Below, one piece after another: positions 1 to 10,966 of a stretch of DNA of 64,000 bases. The notes beneath the pieces were generated by a model. The model was not told the DNA's origin. It was given only the letters and a program-made list of their open reading frames with translations, and did not search any database. The stretch covers positions 62,001 through 126,000 of IMG/VR virus record IMGVR_UViG_3300047476_002078. One strand, given 5' to 3'. Every line of letters starts with the position of its first letter. Within the stretch, counting starts at the first letter, position 1. The position numbers and the translations under genes are program-made.

Positions 1-360
1 TTAAAGCGTTATTTCCGAAGACCTTCTTCCGCAAAATTTTCCAGATATTCAGTGTACTTTAGAGATAAATGGACTTGTCAGTATTGCGGTGAAAAGAAAA
101 AACAGAAAGAGCTTACTTTTGACCATGTGATACCTCGAAGTTTAGGAGGTAAAACTAATTGGGAGAACATTGTTACAGCTTGTTTTAGATGTAACGGTAA
201 AAAAGCTGATTTATCACTTCAAGAATCTGGTATGAGTCTTTTAAATAAACCTAAAAAGCCTCATTGGACTCCTTGCATTATATTTAAAATAAAAAAACAT
301 CATCCTGAAGAGTGGAAGTATTACATTCATTGGTACGATCAGATCGAAGAAAATATTTAG
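1..360 (+). CDS. HNH endonuclease (5' end outside window)
   Basis: Frame is open from base 1. CQYCG...LTFDHVIPRSLGG...WENIVTACFRCNGKK is an HNH/McrA-type motif. Confidence 0.85.
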   Translation, partial: LKRYFRRPSSAKFSRYSVYFRDKWTCQYCGEKKKQKELTFDHVIPRSLGGKTNWENIVTACFRCNGKKADLSLQESGMSLLNKPKKPHWTPCIIFKIKKHHPEEWKYYIHWYDQIEENI

Positions 361-590
361 AAATTGAATCTATAATAAAGCTATGGATTGTAAACATGAT
401 TACAAAAATGCTTATACCCAAGTTCTTTATGAAGATAATAAAATTATCGAAACTGTAGAATTTTGCCCTAAATGTAAACAAGTTATCAGACATGAAATAA
501 TCTCAAAAGATCAAAAATCAGATACTTACGACATCAAATGCGAACATTAGTTAATAGTTTTGGTTATAGGAATCTTTAAAGGAGATACAG

Positions 591-701
591 ATGAAATGGA
601 TATTCTTATTATCAGTTATCTTGTCTTGTAGCCACGTTGAAGAAAAACCTTGTTCTGAAAACTGTAATCATCACAAACATGTTTATGAGAGGGCTAGATG
701 A
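591..701 (+). CDS. small putative lipoprotein (36 aa, not in ORF track)
   Basis: GGAG RBS. MKWIFLLSVILSC lipobox-like signal. Stop overlaps the next ATG (ATGA). Confidence 0.55.
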   Translation: MKWIFLLSVILSCSHVEEKPCSENCNHHKHVYERAR

Positions 702-913
702 AAACAAAATTAATCTTAGCCTTTCTGTTATTTTTTAGTAGTTGCGGAAAACCGATAGTTGATAAATCCGATGAAGTTCAAAGAGAAGTTTATTCTTCAG
801 AGTATGATTTAAAAAGAGAGGTTCTCAATTACAATTTTACAAGGTATTCTAACAAAGAAATAACATGCTATACCTTCAATGGTTTTGATTTGGATTGTAA
901 ATGGAAGTTTTAG
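698..913 (+). CDS. putative lipoprotein
   Basis: MKTKLILAFLLFFSSC lipobox-like N-terminus. Confidence 0.6.
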   Translation: MKTKLILAFLLFFSSCGKPIVDKSDEVQREVYSSEYDLKREVLNYNFTRYSNKEITCYTFNGFDLDCKWKF

Positions 914-1821
914 TTACAGGCGGAGCAGGATTTATCGGAAGTCATTTATGTGACCATTTAATCAGTAAAGGTTGCAATGTTACGGTAATTGATGACTTAT
1001 CAACAGGCAGAAATAAAAATTTATCCAAAAAAGTCGATTTTATTCAAGCAGATATTTCAAAGCAAGAGACGTGGAATAGTTTAAACAAAAATTTTAATGC
1101 TTTGTTTCATTTAGCCGCAAAAACTTCGGTAACAGAATCGGTAAAAATACCGTCATTCTATTTTCAGCAAAATGTTATTACGTCACAATACATTTATGAA
1201 TGGAGCATAAAAAACAACGTAAAGAATGTAATTTATGCAAATACCGCTGGAGCCTTGTACGGTGACGCTTTTGATAAAGGTCATAATGAAAGCTCCTTAC
1301 CTAAGCCTAAGTCTCCTTATGGTGCGACTAAATACGCCTGCGAGCTTTTTTTAATGTCTCTCCCAATAAATTTTACTTCCATAAGATTAGCCAACGTATA
1401 TGGGGAGAGACAAATAACCAAAGGTGAAGCAGGAGTAATCCCTATTTTTACGGAAAATATTCACGCTGGTAAAGATTGCATTATTTTCGGTAAAAATAAA
1501 ATGCGTGACTACATTCATGTAACAGATGTTTGTGAATATTTTGTTAGAGCCTTTGAAAAAATGCTCCCATCACAGGGATGGAAAGAGATTTTTAATGTAG
1601 GGACAGGCGTAAAAACTGAAGATGAGAAAGTTTTTAATACTATTTCTAGTGTAATTAAAAAGCCTGCTCAAATGTTATATGCTGATAAGAGAGATGGGGA
1701 AATAGATGTAACTTATTTAGACATCTCTAAAGCAAAAGAGATTTTAGAATATGAACCAAAAATAGAATTTGTTCAAGGTTGCTCGAATACTGTCAGATAT
1801 TATTTAGAAAATGAGTTTTGA
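901..1821 (+). CDS. NAD-dependent epimerase/dehydratase (GalE-like extended SDR)
   Basis: VTGGAGFIGSHL Rossmann motif, YGATK (YxxxK), RLANVYG, RDYIHVTD. Confidence 0.9.
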   Translation: MEVLVTGGAGFIGSHLCDHLISKGCNVTVIDDLSTGRNKNLSKKVDFIQADISKQETWNSLNKNFNALFHLAAKTSVTESVKIPSFYFQQNVITSQYIYEWSIKNNVKNVIYANTAGALYGDAFDKGHNESSLPKPKSPYGATKYACELFLMSLPINFTSIRLANVYGERQITKGEAGVIPIFTENIHAGKDCIIFGKNKMRDYIHVTDVCEYFVRAFEKMLPSQGWKEIFNVGTGVKTEDEKVFNTISSVIKKPAQMLYADKRDGEIDVTYLDISKAKEILEYEPKIEFVQGCSNTVRYYLENEF

Positions 1822-2538
1822 TGAGTGATAAAAATAGCTTTTTAGCAGACATCTATTATTTTCTGTTAAAAATGTTTAATAAGGTGTGCAAAAGAGACAC
1901 TTCTATCAAAAATTTTCCCTCCAAAAAGTTTCATAACTATAAAGCAGACAATCATATTGTTTGTAGTTTTTGTAATTTTCAATTTAGTTATGTTCGAGAT
2001 GAGCTAAGTCTCTACAAAGGAGATAGTCCGGAATTTATTCAATCTTCCCACATTACAGATGTTAATGCTCGGCAATGGTTTTATAAATTTTATCCTGCCC
2101 TTGAGTGCCCAAAATGCTTGAAGAAACTTGAGTCTTGCTACACAGTCAGAGTCAACAACAGTGTCGTTACTTTAATGTTTTAGTTGACTTGAAAGATAAG
2201 GTATAACTCATATTTGAATAATAAAAAATCTAACTAGATGTAGAAAAAATTTGACCCCTAATTCCCTAACAGCGAGGTTCAAATGAAAATAGATCAGTTA
2301 GCAAACGCTCTTACTTTGTCGTTCTTAGACAAAACCCACAAAATGATCGTAAAAATTGACCCTGTGAATAATAGAAAAAATTCAAGGGAAGCCTATTTTT
2401 GTTTGAGTGAAAACATATTTGATAAGAACAAGAACTTTTTTTACCAAGCTAATGAATCCTGCATAATGTTTGGAACAAATACAAACGATTATATGGAAGA
2501 TGAATTTTACGGGGATGAAGAAGAGTATATTGTCGATT

Positions 2539-2967
2539 CTAAGTAAGTTCATAAATACAGAAACTATTCTTTTTCTCATAAAATATAGGGAGATCAAGAA
2601 TAACATTTCTTTGGTAGGTATTTTTGCTAGTCAAACCTTCTTTGACTAAATCTCTTCTTACTGTAATGTAAGCTCTGCCTTTAACTTTAAGCAACATCTT
2701 AATATGTTTTAATATTTTTGATTCTTCTTCTAGGGGGAGAACATTTAAAACATATTGGCAGGTTACGGTATCGTAGCTATTTTCTTGAAGTTTTTTAGGA
2801 AAGTAAAAAGGGTCAAATTTATCCATTTTGTAAATTTCTGCATCTTTTCCCTTTCCACAACCGTAATCTAAAGTATTGCCAATCAACTTCCCACTTTCAA
2901 AAAGGATACGCATTGGTTTTGCAGGGGCACTACGAGTTATTGCGGTTTTTTCTGGTCTGTGATTCAT
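2539..2967 (-). CDS. class I SAM-dependent methyltransferase
   Basis: LDYGCGKG motif I, then YDTVTCQYVLNV. Confidence 0.8.
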   Translation of the reverse strand: MNHRPEKTAITRSAPAKPMRILFESGKLIGNTLDYGCGKGKDAEIYKMDKFDPFYFPKKLQENSYDTVTCQYVLNVLPLEEESKILKHIKMLLKVKGRAYITVRRDLVKEGLTSKNTYQRNVILDLPIFYEKKNSFCIYELT

Positions 2968-3038
2968 AAATTCTCCTAAAATTAATGTATAGAATCATAC
3001 AATTCTTTACAAATAAAATTGTTAATCTAGGGAGTTTT

Positions 3039-3266
3039 ATGAACATAAAGAAAGAAATTGAGTCATTAGAAAATCGAATAGCAAATTCAGAAGACAAAAA
3101 CGACATGGCAATCGGGTATGTTAGAGACATTATGGATATGGCTCAAATGCTTGAAAACATTATTCATAATGAACCTGATTTGGAAGACTGGGTTAATGCG
3201 AAAATAACACGAAGCAGAACAGACCTAGTTGACGTTACAAAATATCTACAAAATAGACCTAAATGA
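3039..3266 (+). CDS. hypothetical protein, leader-bearing family
   Basis: GGAG RBS before ATG 3039. N-terminus MNIKKEIESLENRIANS. Confidence 0.65.
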   Translation: MNIKKEIESLENRIANSEDKNDMAIGYVRDIMDMAQMLENIIHNEPDLEDWVNAKITRSRTDLVDVTKYLQNRPK

Positions 3267-3433
3267 ACATTGAGCAAGAAATTTTAAAATTAGAAAATAA
3301 TATCAAAGAAATGACTAGCTACTTATTAATGAAAGTAAACGTAGCTGATTGGCACGCTGTCGCTGACGCAGCAATGGATATTAGAGAGTTTCAAGCTAAA
3401 ATTGATGCTTTGAAACAAATTAAACAACCGTAG
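3263..3433 (+). CDS. small hypothetical protein with leader-like N-terminus (56 aa, not in ORF track)
   Basis: MNIEQEILKLENNIK...DWHAVADAAMDIRE. Overlaps the upstream stop. Confidence 0.6.
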   Translation: MNIEQEILKLENNIKEMTSYLLMKVNVADWHAVADAAMDIREFQAKIDALKQIKQP

Positions 3434-3896
3434 AACATACTACCCTTATCGGAGGAATTGTGAGAGAAAATATTATTGTTACGTCAGTAGAATTGATTGA
3501 AGGAGGAGTTTTTAAATTAGAACTTTTAAATAAAGATACTAATGAAAAACTTTACGTTAAATCTGAGAATCTTTTTTCTTTAGTTCAAAAAGCTTTGGAA
3601 AATAAAAACAAAGAATTTTTAGAATTCAATCAAGTTCTCGTGTGAGGAGTGTGTTTGGATAAAATTAGTAAAGAAAGAGTGATCGAACTCGTAAAAATGA
3701 TGAATTTTCTTTCAGAGACAAAAAAAGAAAAATACGCTTTGAAAGAAGAATATACCATGGAAGATATGATTTCGTTCCAATGGGTTGAAGAGGAAGATAA
3801 GATACTTTTTCCTATAATTTTGAACACTACTAAGGGTAGCTATGCGGTTGATGATATTAAAAAAATACCCTATAAAATGTCTTTGAATGGTTATCA

Positions 3897-4199
3897 ATGA
3901 CGAGATGCTATTTTAATGGAACAGTTAAAAGATGTGTTAATGGGTGCTTGAAACCATTGTCTGAGTTTTATCCTCATTCAGGAAAAACAAAAAAAGGTAA
4001 AATTAAAGATAAAAGTTTATCTTGCTACTACAGACCTTATTGTAAGACTTGCCACAATCAAATAAATATCCGTAAAGTTTTAGAGAAAAAAATTAAGACT
4101 TATCCTAATAGTTTTTGGGAATGTGACAACTGCGACCATATTGTGCCCGTTTCTAAAAAATTATGCTCTAAATGTAAAACAATAAGAATAAAAAGGTAA
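3897..4199 (+). CDS. Cys-rich zinc-finger-like hypothetical protein
   Basis: Several CxxC pairs (CVNGC, CKTC, CDNC, CSKC). Confidence 0.5.
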   Translation: MTRCYFNGTVKRCVNGCLKPLSEFYPHSGKTKKGKIKDKSLSCYYRPYCKTCHNQINIRKVLEKKIKTYPNSFWECDNCDHIVPVSKKLCSKCKTIRIKR

Positions 4200-4228
4200 T
4201 TTTTTGTTCATTAATATTAAGGAATTTT

Positions 4229-5299
4229 ATGGCACATAAGAATGTTAAATTAGACCCGTCATATTGGTTATATGAACCTTCTCAAGGCAGGCTAGAGAAT
4301 AGCGAAACTTTTTTGGAAGACCTTGTAACAGATGGGTATGTTTTTGAACCTACGAGCTTAAATGCTTTAGGTTTAACTAAAGATTCTTATCTAACTGCGG
4401 AACAATTTGCAAATTTTAGAAGTTCTTTTTCCACCCCTCACAATAAAGAAGGAAAAGAGGAAAAATATTTTCACCTAAATAATGCAGAAAGGTATCTGCT
4501 TTCTAATTGGACTTCTTTGGGTTGGGGAGCCAACAAAACAGAAGTGCTAGAAAATTATAATAATTTTATTCAGAAAAATTTGCTTGATAATGATAACAAT
4601 AATGTCAGAATGAGTATTAATAGAGGTAATCTTGATTTATCTAGCTTGATAGTGAACGGAGTAGTTTCAGGTTCAGAGCAGGAGTATTTTGTTCCTATTC
4701 TTTTATTCTCAGATCAAGCAGACGATCTTTTCTCTTTAAATACTGGATTAGAAAACTTCGTTTCAACTTCAAGTCTAAGTCTTCAAATTAATCAAAGCTT
4801 TGATGACTCATTCATTGAACTACCTGACTTGCCATTTGACTTTTATTTTTTAGGTACTAATTATAAAAATTCTATATTCCTCGGCTCCAATACTTATCTA
4901 ACTTTTGGGCAAGGTAGCTCAAATTATTCAGGACTAAGTGCAAGCAATCCATTTTTGCCTAAAATTCATTTAGGTTCGGCAGATCACAGTTATCAGCGTG
5001 TCTATTGGCAACAGGTTGTTATAAATGGGCAAGACGCTTTAGTTGTAAGATATGAAGGAACTAACTCTACAGGCGGAACGCCCGGAAGCCCCAACATTGT
5101 AATGCAAATAACTTTCTTCCCAAATCAACGTATGACTGTAACTTTTGGTTCTCATGCAGGAAGGTTTGGTCAAAGAGGTATAGCAAGTGCTTCATCTTAT
5201 GTTACTACCTTTACACTAGATCAGAACACTTCTTACGCATTTAGCTCTGACGCAACAGGTTATAATTGGGTTGTTGAAGCTGGGAAATACTGGTCGTAA
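4229..5299 (+). CDS. putative virion structural/decoration protein with beta-rich, nidogen(NIDO)-like C-terminal domain
   Basis: N-terminal ~165 aa is homologous to ORF 46723. C-terminus LPFDFYFLGTNY...IFLGSNTYLTF...QITFF is Ser/Thr/Gly-rich. Confidence 0.5.
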   Translation: MAHKNVKLDPSYWLYEPSQGRLENSETFLEDLVTDGYVFEPTSLNALGLTKDSYLTAEQFANFRSSFSTPHNKEGKEEKYFHLNNAERYLLSNWTSLGWGANKTEVLENYNNFIQKNLLDNDNNNVRMSINRGNLDLSSLIVNGVVSGSEQEYFVPILLFSDQADDLFSLNTGLENFVSTSSLSLQINQSFDDSFIELPDLPFDFYFLGTNYKNSIFLGSNTYLTFGQGSSNYSGLSASNPFLPKIHLGSADHSYQRVYWQQVVINGQDALVVRYEGTNSTGGTPGSPNIVMQITFFPNQRMTVTFGSHAGRFGQRGIASASSYVTTFTLDQNTSYAFSSDATGYNWVVEAGKYWS

Positions 5300-5345
5300 A
5301 ATTTAGAATTAGACATTTTAAATTTTACGGTAAATAATTCTCAGC

Positions 5346-5882
5346 ATGAATATTTTTTGTACTGACGAATGTCCAAGACTGTCTGCACAATCATTAGATA
5401 ACATTCGTGTTAATAAAATGATTACCGAATCTCTTCAAATGCTTGTAACTGCTATGCGGTTAAACGGAGCAAAAGAGGAAGAAATTCCTCAAAGAGTGGA
5501 TGGGATTCCTATGAAAATTTCCCATGTTAATCATCCATGTTCGATATGGGTTAGAGAATCAAGAGAAAATTATTTGTGGTTGTGGGAGCATTTAAAAGCC
5601 CTCACAGAAGAATTTGAATTTCGCCACGGCAAGAAACATCATGGAGCCTCACAACTTAAAAGGGCTTATAAAGGCTCTTTTCTAATATCAGATAAGCCTA
5701 GAACTTCTTTTCAAAATAGCAGTATTTTTAAAAATGAACCTACTTTGGAAGCTTACAAAGCTACAATGGTTAATAAATGGAAAAACGATGTTCGCACACC
5801 TTCATGGGGAAACAGAGAAAAGCCTAGTTGGTACGATCTTGGTGAAAATTTGATTAAAAAATTTACAATGGAAATACAATGA
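5346..5882 (+). CDS. pyrimidine-dimer DNA glycosylase/endonuclease V-like protein
   Basis: MNIF...KMITESLQML...HVNHPCSIW...EFEFRHGKKH pattern of the DenV-related family. Confidence 0.75.
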   Translation: MNIFCTDECPRLSAQSLDNIRVNKMITESLQMLVTAMRLNGAKEEEIPQRVDGIPMKISHVNHPCSIWVRESRENYLWLWEHLKALTEEFEFRHGKKHHGASQLKRAYKGSFLISDKPRTSFQNSSIFKNEPTLEAYKATMVNKWKNDVRTPSWGNREKPSWYDLGENLIKKFTMEIQ

Positions 5883-6997
5883 AAGATATTTATAATCCAA
5901 CGAGTGTTTTAGGATTAAAAATAGCTACAGAAAAAGCAAAAAAAGCTTTAGCTCAGTATTCAAAAAATTATTCATCGGCAGACATCCCAAAGTGGATATT
6001 GGATGAAAGTGTTGGTTACAACTACGAACAAGGTTTACAGCAAGATGAAATAATTGCTTTTTTGGCAGGCTTTCTGAACGGTTTTTCAGCTTTTGAAGAA
6101 AAAATAGTGAGCTTAGAAAATGAAATTAAAAAACTCAAGGAAGGTTCTAATGGGTAATAGAGCGTCTTTTTGGGATGAGCCAAAAAAAGATAATAATGAC
6201 AAAAATTTGATGATAGAAACTCGTGAGAAATTTAGATCAACAAAAAATAATTATTTAGTTGTTTATCAAGGAAAGAATGGCAAACATTATGTTGACGGAA
6301 CTCCAAATAAATTATTTTTAAGAGTAATCAGAGACAAAATAAATGAAATTTTAAAGGAAGCGAAATGAAAGCTACTTTAGAGATTTTCAAAGAAAGGTAT
6401 TTTAATTCTGATTTAACAGGAAATACTTTTGATATAGTTTTAGGAAAAACTTTTCATTTTGGTTTGGATTATTCAAATTCATCTAAACTTGTACATATAG
6501 TTTTTCAAACAAAAGAAAGAACTTATTTTTTAGGTATTTGGTTTAACAAAAGCTCTTTTGAAGAATACTTTCAGGGGTATAGATTGACTGAAACTTACAG
6601 AACAATTTTTCTATTCTAATATTTTTAATAGTTTTTTCTCTTCGTAATCTAAATTAGCTTCGTAATATTCACCAATGACAATACCAGAAACCCATTTCAC
6701 GTTATTTTGTGTATTAATATCCTGAGAAACAATTGATTTTAAAAATTTTTTAGCAGCTTCTTTTGATTTGAAACTCTTTACTTTTTGAGAGCAGTTTTCA
6801 ACGTATAAAATTTGATACTTCATTTTTCCCTCTTATACTGTATTTTCCAAAAACCAAAACGCAGTTCAAACGTATAAACTGAAACCAGTTTATCTGGGAA
6901 CCCTGCATAATCTTTGACGATCATATTTTTACAACTAGAGATACCTAATTCAAAAGCTCGATTTTCTAAAAATTTCCATTCGCCCATATTATTAATA

Positions 6998-7026
6998 TAG
7001 ACTTTTACGGTTACAAAAAGTAAAAT
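6998..7026 (+). promoter_or_regulatory. sigma70-like promoter with TTTACGGT in the spacer
   Basis: TAGACT-N17-TAAAAT upstream of ORF 7056. Confidence 0.45.
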
Positions 7027-7321
7027 TTTGTTCTTTATTTTACGGAGAATTTAAAATGCTGATCTACCAAATACTGTTTATGTGTTTTTTCCAAATTGAC
7101 CCACGTTTAGATAAAAACTATTGTGTAAAACAAATGATACAATGCACTAATAAAGGAGTAAATTTTGACAATTGTTCAGAATATTGGGAACCTTTATTTT
7201 ATGAAAATGAACTTTATAGTAGGGAAACTTTTAAAGATTTTATTCAATCGGTATGGGTTGAAAATAAAAAATTTAGAAGTGAAATTGAAAAAGCGGAAAT
7301 CTTAATTGAACGGGAGGATAT

Positions 7322-7897
7322 GTGGAAATAAGTTTAAAAAAAGCTAGGAAAATTGAAACAACTATTAATACATTTTTAGAAGAAAATGATTTTAAACTGG
7401 AAGCTACTGTTCGGGTCTTAGGAACTTTGGATGAAGCTAAAGATTCCGTAGCAAATACAAAATCAGAAATTTTTTCTAGTCTGAAGTTACGAGAAGAACT
7501 TTTAAAAATTAGATTTGATATGAGAAGGCAGATTGAAAAATCTAACGAAGAATCAGGTATCAATGCTTTAATAAATAAAAAAGTCTTGAACGAAAAAACT
7601 ATTTTGGAGTTAGACAAACTTATTAATCATAACAAGGTTTTTGACGAAAAAGAGTTAGATGATGTCTTAAAGTCTCAATCTAAAATTGATTATGATAAAT
7701 ACTCCTTCAGAGTAAAAACAACTTTCGAGTTTCCTGTTTTTCAAAAAGAGGATTTAGCCTCTTTCAAAGATAAAAAAATTTCTATCAAGAAAGACATTGA
7801 AAAAATTGAAGATGAATTGAGCTTCTTAAATTTGAATACCAAAATCATCCTTTCTGAGGATGTTACAAAACTTTTAGAATTTAACAAAATTCTTTAA
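7322..7897 (+). CDS. coiled-coil hypothetical protein
   Basis: 191-aa ORF with RBS, helical and Lys/Glu-rich. Confidence 0.6.
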   Translation: MEISLKKARKIETTINTFLEENDFKLEATVRVLGTLDEAKDSVANTKSEIFSSLKLREELLKIRFDMRRQIEKSNEESGINALINKKVLNEKTILELDKLINHNKVFDEKELDDVLKSQSKIDYDKYSFRVKTTFEFPVFQKEDLASFKDKKISIKKDIEKIEDELSFLNLNTKIILSEDVTKLLEFNKIL

Positions 7898-8671
7898 GTT
7901 TTGGAGCAAGGCTGAAAAGGATAAAAGTAAACTATAGCTGTAGGGTTACTATATGTAATCTTACAACAGAAGATTTGTTTTTGACTAAAAGAGTAAAGTT
8001 TGTCTTCTCTGTTGTCTCAAAAGTTTTCTTCTGCAATGTTTTTTGTTTTTTGAAATATTGATACTTGTTTCTCTTTTATCTTTAGTAAGTCTTGCTTTTT
8101 ATTTTAGGAGATAATTATGAAATGGTCATTTAATCGTATTCGAGCAGCTTTAATAAACATAGAAAATGAACAGTCATACTACGCAGGAGCAAGTTTATGT
8201 ATAGACTTTGCTGACCACCCTAATGTTGTTTTAAATTTAAACGGCAGAGGGTTTTTTTACGGATTTAAAAATAGCAACAAGCAAATGAAATTTGTAGTTC
8301 CTAATGATATTAAAGATAAGCTACTTGAAATATACAAAAAATATAAAAACATTCAAAATTGATTTGTAGCGTCATTTAATAAAAAATTAAGATTCAAATT
8401 TAAAATCTTTGTGTTAATCAAAAAACACAAGGAGAAATTATATGCAAAATAACCCATTCAAAGAATTTAATGAAACAGAAATTGGTAAATCAATGATGGT
8501 AGCTTGGAAAAAATTTGTCGAAGAAAATGAAGGTTGTTACGCAGAAGACTCGATTGAAACAGCCGATTTCTTTGCAGGATTTGTTGCAGCTTGGGAACAA
8601 CAATCTGTAAAAATAGAAGAATTAGAACAAAGAATTAAAATACTTGAAAAATAATATTTTGGTTAATTTTT

Positions 8672-8708
8672 AATAAAAAAGGGGAGTTTAATGCTCCCCT
8701 TTTTTATT
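8672..8708. terminator. bidirectional intrinsic terminator
   Basis: Perfect 15-bp inverted repeat AATAAAAAAGGGGAG / CTCCCCTTTTTTATT between convergent ORF 8442-8654 and the minus-strand tRNAs. Confidence 0.85.
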
Positions 8709-8795
8709 TGGTGGCTCTGACCAGACTCGAACTGGTACGCCCTTACGGACACTCGATTTTAAATCGAGGTTGTCTACCGATTCCAACACAGAGCC
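8709..8795 (-). tRNA. tRNA-Leu(UAA)
   Basis: GGCTCTG/CAGAGCC acceptor stem, anticodon loop TTTAAAA, long variable arm, GTTCGAG T-loop, encoded CCA. Confidence 0.93.
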
Positions 8796-8819
8796 AATTC
8801 ACGACTATAATAAATATGA

Positions 8820-8896
8820 TGGTGGGACTGGCAGGACTTGAACCTGCAACCCTCCGGTTATGAGCCGGACGCTCTGACCAATTGAACTACAATCCC
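8820..8896 (-). tRNA. tRNA with CAU anticodon (probably Ile2/lysidine type, elongator Met not excluded)
   Basis: GGGATTG/CAGTCCC acceptor stem, CCGG-CTCATAA-CCGG anticodon arm, GTTCAAG, encoded CCA. Confidence 0.9.
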
Positions 8897-8969
8897 ACAT
8901 GAGGGAAATTTACCTTAGTATGATTTTTTAATCAATATGGATTTAAAAGAAAGAACATTTTTATAGGAG

Positions 8970-9239
8970 ATGATATTGAAAACAATTATTATTTTGCTTC
9001 TTTTAAGTTCATGCTCTATGACAACGACTAGAAGATCAGATTTTATTGCAGGGTGTTATATTGGAGCATCTTCAGCGTTAGGTGATGTTGTAAACGATCA
9101 AAAAATTATAAATTTTTGTATCAGGTCTTATGACAAAAATCCCAAGATTAAAGATAAATTAGACGAACTTAATGATTTATCTAAATACTTAAAAGAGTCT
9201 GAAATAACTGAAGAAGAATCTACCTATATGTTCCTCTAA
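8970..9239 (+). CDS. putative lipoprotein
   Basis: MILKTIIILLLLSSC lipobox-like signal. Confidence 0.55.
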   Translation: MILKTIIILLLLSSCSMTTTRRSDFIAGCYIGASSALGDVVNDQKIINFCIRSYDKNPKIKDKLDELNDLSKYLKESEITEEESTYMFL

Positions 9240-9252
9240 TCAGGGGGGATAT

Positions 9253-9684
9253 ATGTGGATATTATTTTTATTTTTATCATTTTATAGTTTTGCTTTTCCA
9301 AAAATTCCAAATGCAGAAATTACCTATGGTGATTTATGTAATTTATCAAATACTGATTTTGTTGAGTACCGATACCCTGAAAAAATACCTTATTGTAAAA
9401 GAAACGTGAGCAGTTACAGAAAGTCTAAAATTTACGATCTTTATAAAATTCCAGTTAGTGAAAGAAAAAATTTTACTATAGATCATCTTATACCTTTGAG
9501 TATCGGAGGCTCGAATAAAGATTCAAATTTATGGGCTGAACACTTGAGCCTAAAAGAGCAGAGAGGTTCTCTTGAATTAGATTTATTTATTTTATTAAAA
9601 TCTGGTACTATAACGCAAAAACAAGCTATAAATAGAATACTTTGTTCTAAATTTAATAATTGTTATTTAGTGGAGGAATTATGA
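9253..9684 (+). CDS. HNH-family nuclease with N-terminal signal peptide
   Basis: Hydrophobic MWILFLFLSFYSFA signal, then FTIDHLIPLSIGGSNKDSNLW HNH motif. Confidence 0.7.
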   Translation: MWILFLFLSFYSFAFPKIPNAEITYGDLCNLSNTDFVEYRYPEKIPYCKRNVSSYRKSKIYDLYKIPVSERKNFTIDHLIPLSIGGSNKDSNLWAEHLSLKEQRGSLELDLFILLKSGTITQKQAINRILCSKFNNCYLVEEL

Positions 9685-9856
9685 GTTATGAAGAAGCTGT
9701 AGCCAAATTACAAGAAATTGTTGGAAATGATTTAGAATCGTTTGAATGTCATGGAATTAAAAATGCGTCAGAAAATTTTGAATTTTTTGTGACTAAAAAA
9801 GACCAATCAAAAGTTGTCATTCACATTGGAAATTCTATTATTGTTAAGGATTAATC

Positions 9857-9885
9857 TTGAAAAAATACTATGGAAATAGTATAAG
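9857..9885 (+). promoter_or_regulatory. sigma70-like promoter
   Basis: TTGAAA-N17-TATAAG upstream of ORF 9910. Confidence 0.5.
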
Positions 9886-10170
9886 ATCGTACTTTCAAAA
9901 GAGGGTACGATGGATTTAAGTTTAAAACATTACATGGTAAAAAATTTCACAGGATTGATAATGGAAGACATTAAATACTCCGCAGGAACAAGACTTTGTT
10001 TTTTAGACCCTCAAAGTGGTGAATCTTTTGAAGGAGTTGTTGTTGAAAATTATAAATTTGGTGGAGACATTTGTGTTAATTGGGACACAGGTCTTTCAAG
10101 TTCTTATGACAAAGATTGGCTAGATAAATTTACATCAATCGTTCGTGACAGAAATATAGATTACTTTTAA

Positions 10171-10245
10171 AGGGGTATCGACAAGTGGTAAGTCAGCAGA
10201 TTTTGATTCTGCCATACGCAGGTTCGACCCCTGCTACCCCTACCA
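10171..10245 (+). tRNA. tRNA-Gln(UUG)
   Basis: AGGGGTA/TACCCCT acceptor stem, GCAGA-TTTTGAT-TCTGC anticodon arm, GGTTCGA, encoded CCA. Confidence 0.92.
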
Positions 10246-10723
10246 AATATTTATGTTAAAACCTAAAAAAGATCAAATCTGGTACTACAACAAAACAGGT
10301 AACACTTATTTGATTAGGTCAAACACTTTAATGAAAATAAACGACTCTGAGTGGATAGACGGAGTGGTTTACAAGTGTTTGAGAGAGGGAAAAACATATA
10401 CTAGAGATTTAAAGACCTTCTTAGAAAAATTTAGAGCAACATTATTTGTTAAAAACGTCTATGTCAGAGAATACAACGACATTCAATTTAATTCCTATGA
10501 TTTAATTAAAATAATAAAACCTTTTGAAGAATTAGATGATGCTCTTTTGAAAGAGTATTTTAATTTAGATAGCTCTCACAGAGACTACAAATCCGTTAAA
10601 GGTACTAAATGCAAAGTTAATCGTTATATAGTGAGGAAACCAACAGGGTACGCAATTTATCCTGACGCTTTAGTTGCAAAAAATGGATGTTATTAGAAAA
10701 ATCTACTAATATAGAATTAAGAT

Positions 10724-10966
10724 ATGAAAACAGTAGATTTATTAGCAAAAATTTCCCAGCTAGAAAAAATTTCAAAAGGTAATAGAGCCGACCTTTATCT
10801 ACAAAACTCTCTTGACCATCTTAAAGATTTAAGAAAAGAAAAAGAAATTAAAACTTTAGAATTCAAAAAACTCAGAAAACTCGACAACGCCATAAGAGAA
10901 CTAATGGAGGCTATGAAAGTATTAGATGTGACTCCATTTAATCGCCCTTTTGATGTTATTTCTTGA
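10724..10966 (+). CDS. hypothetical protein, leader-bearing family
   Basis: N-terminus MKTVDLLAKISQLEKISKG. Confidence 0.6.
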   Translation: MKTVDLLAKISQLEKISKGNRADLYLQNSLDHLKDLRKEKEIKTLEFKKLRKLDNAIRELMEAMKVLDVTPFNRPFDVIS

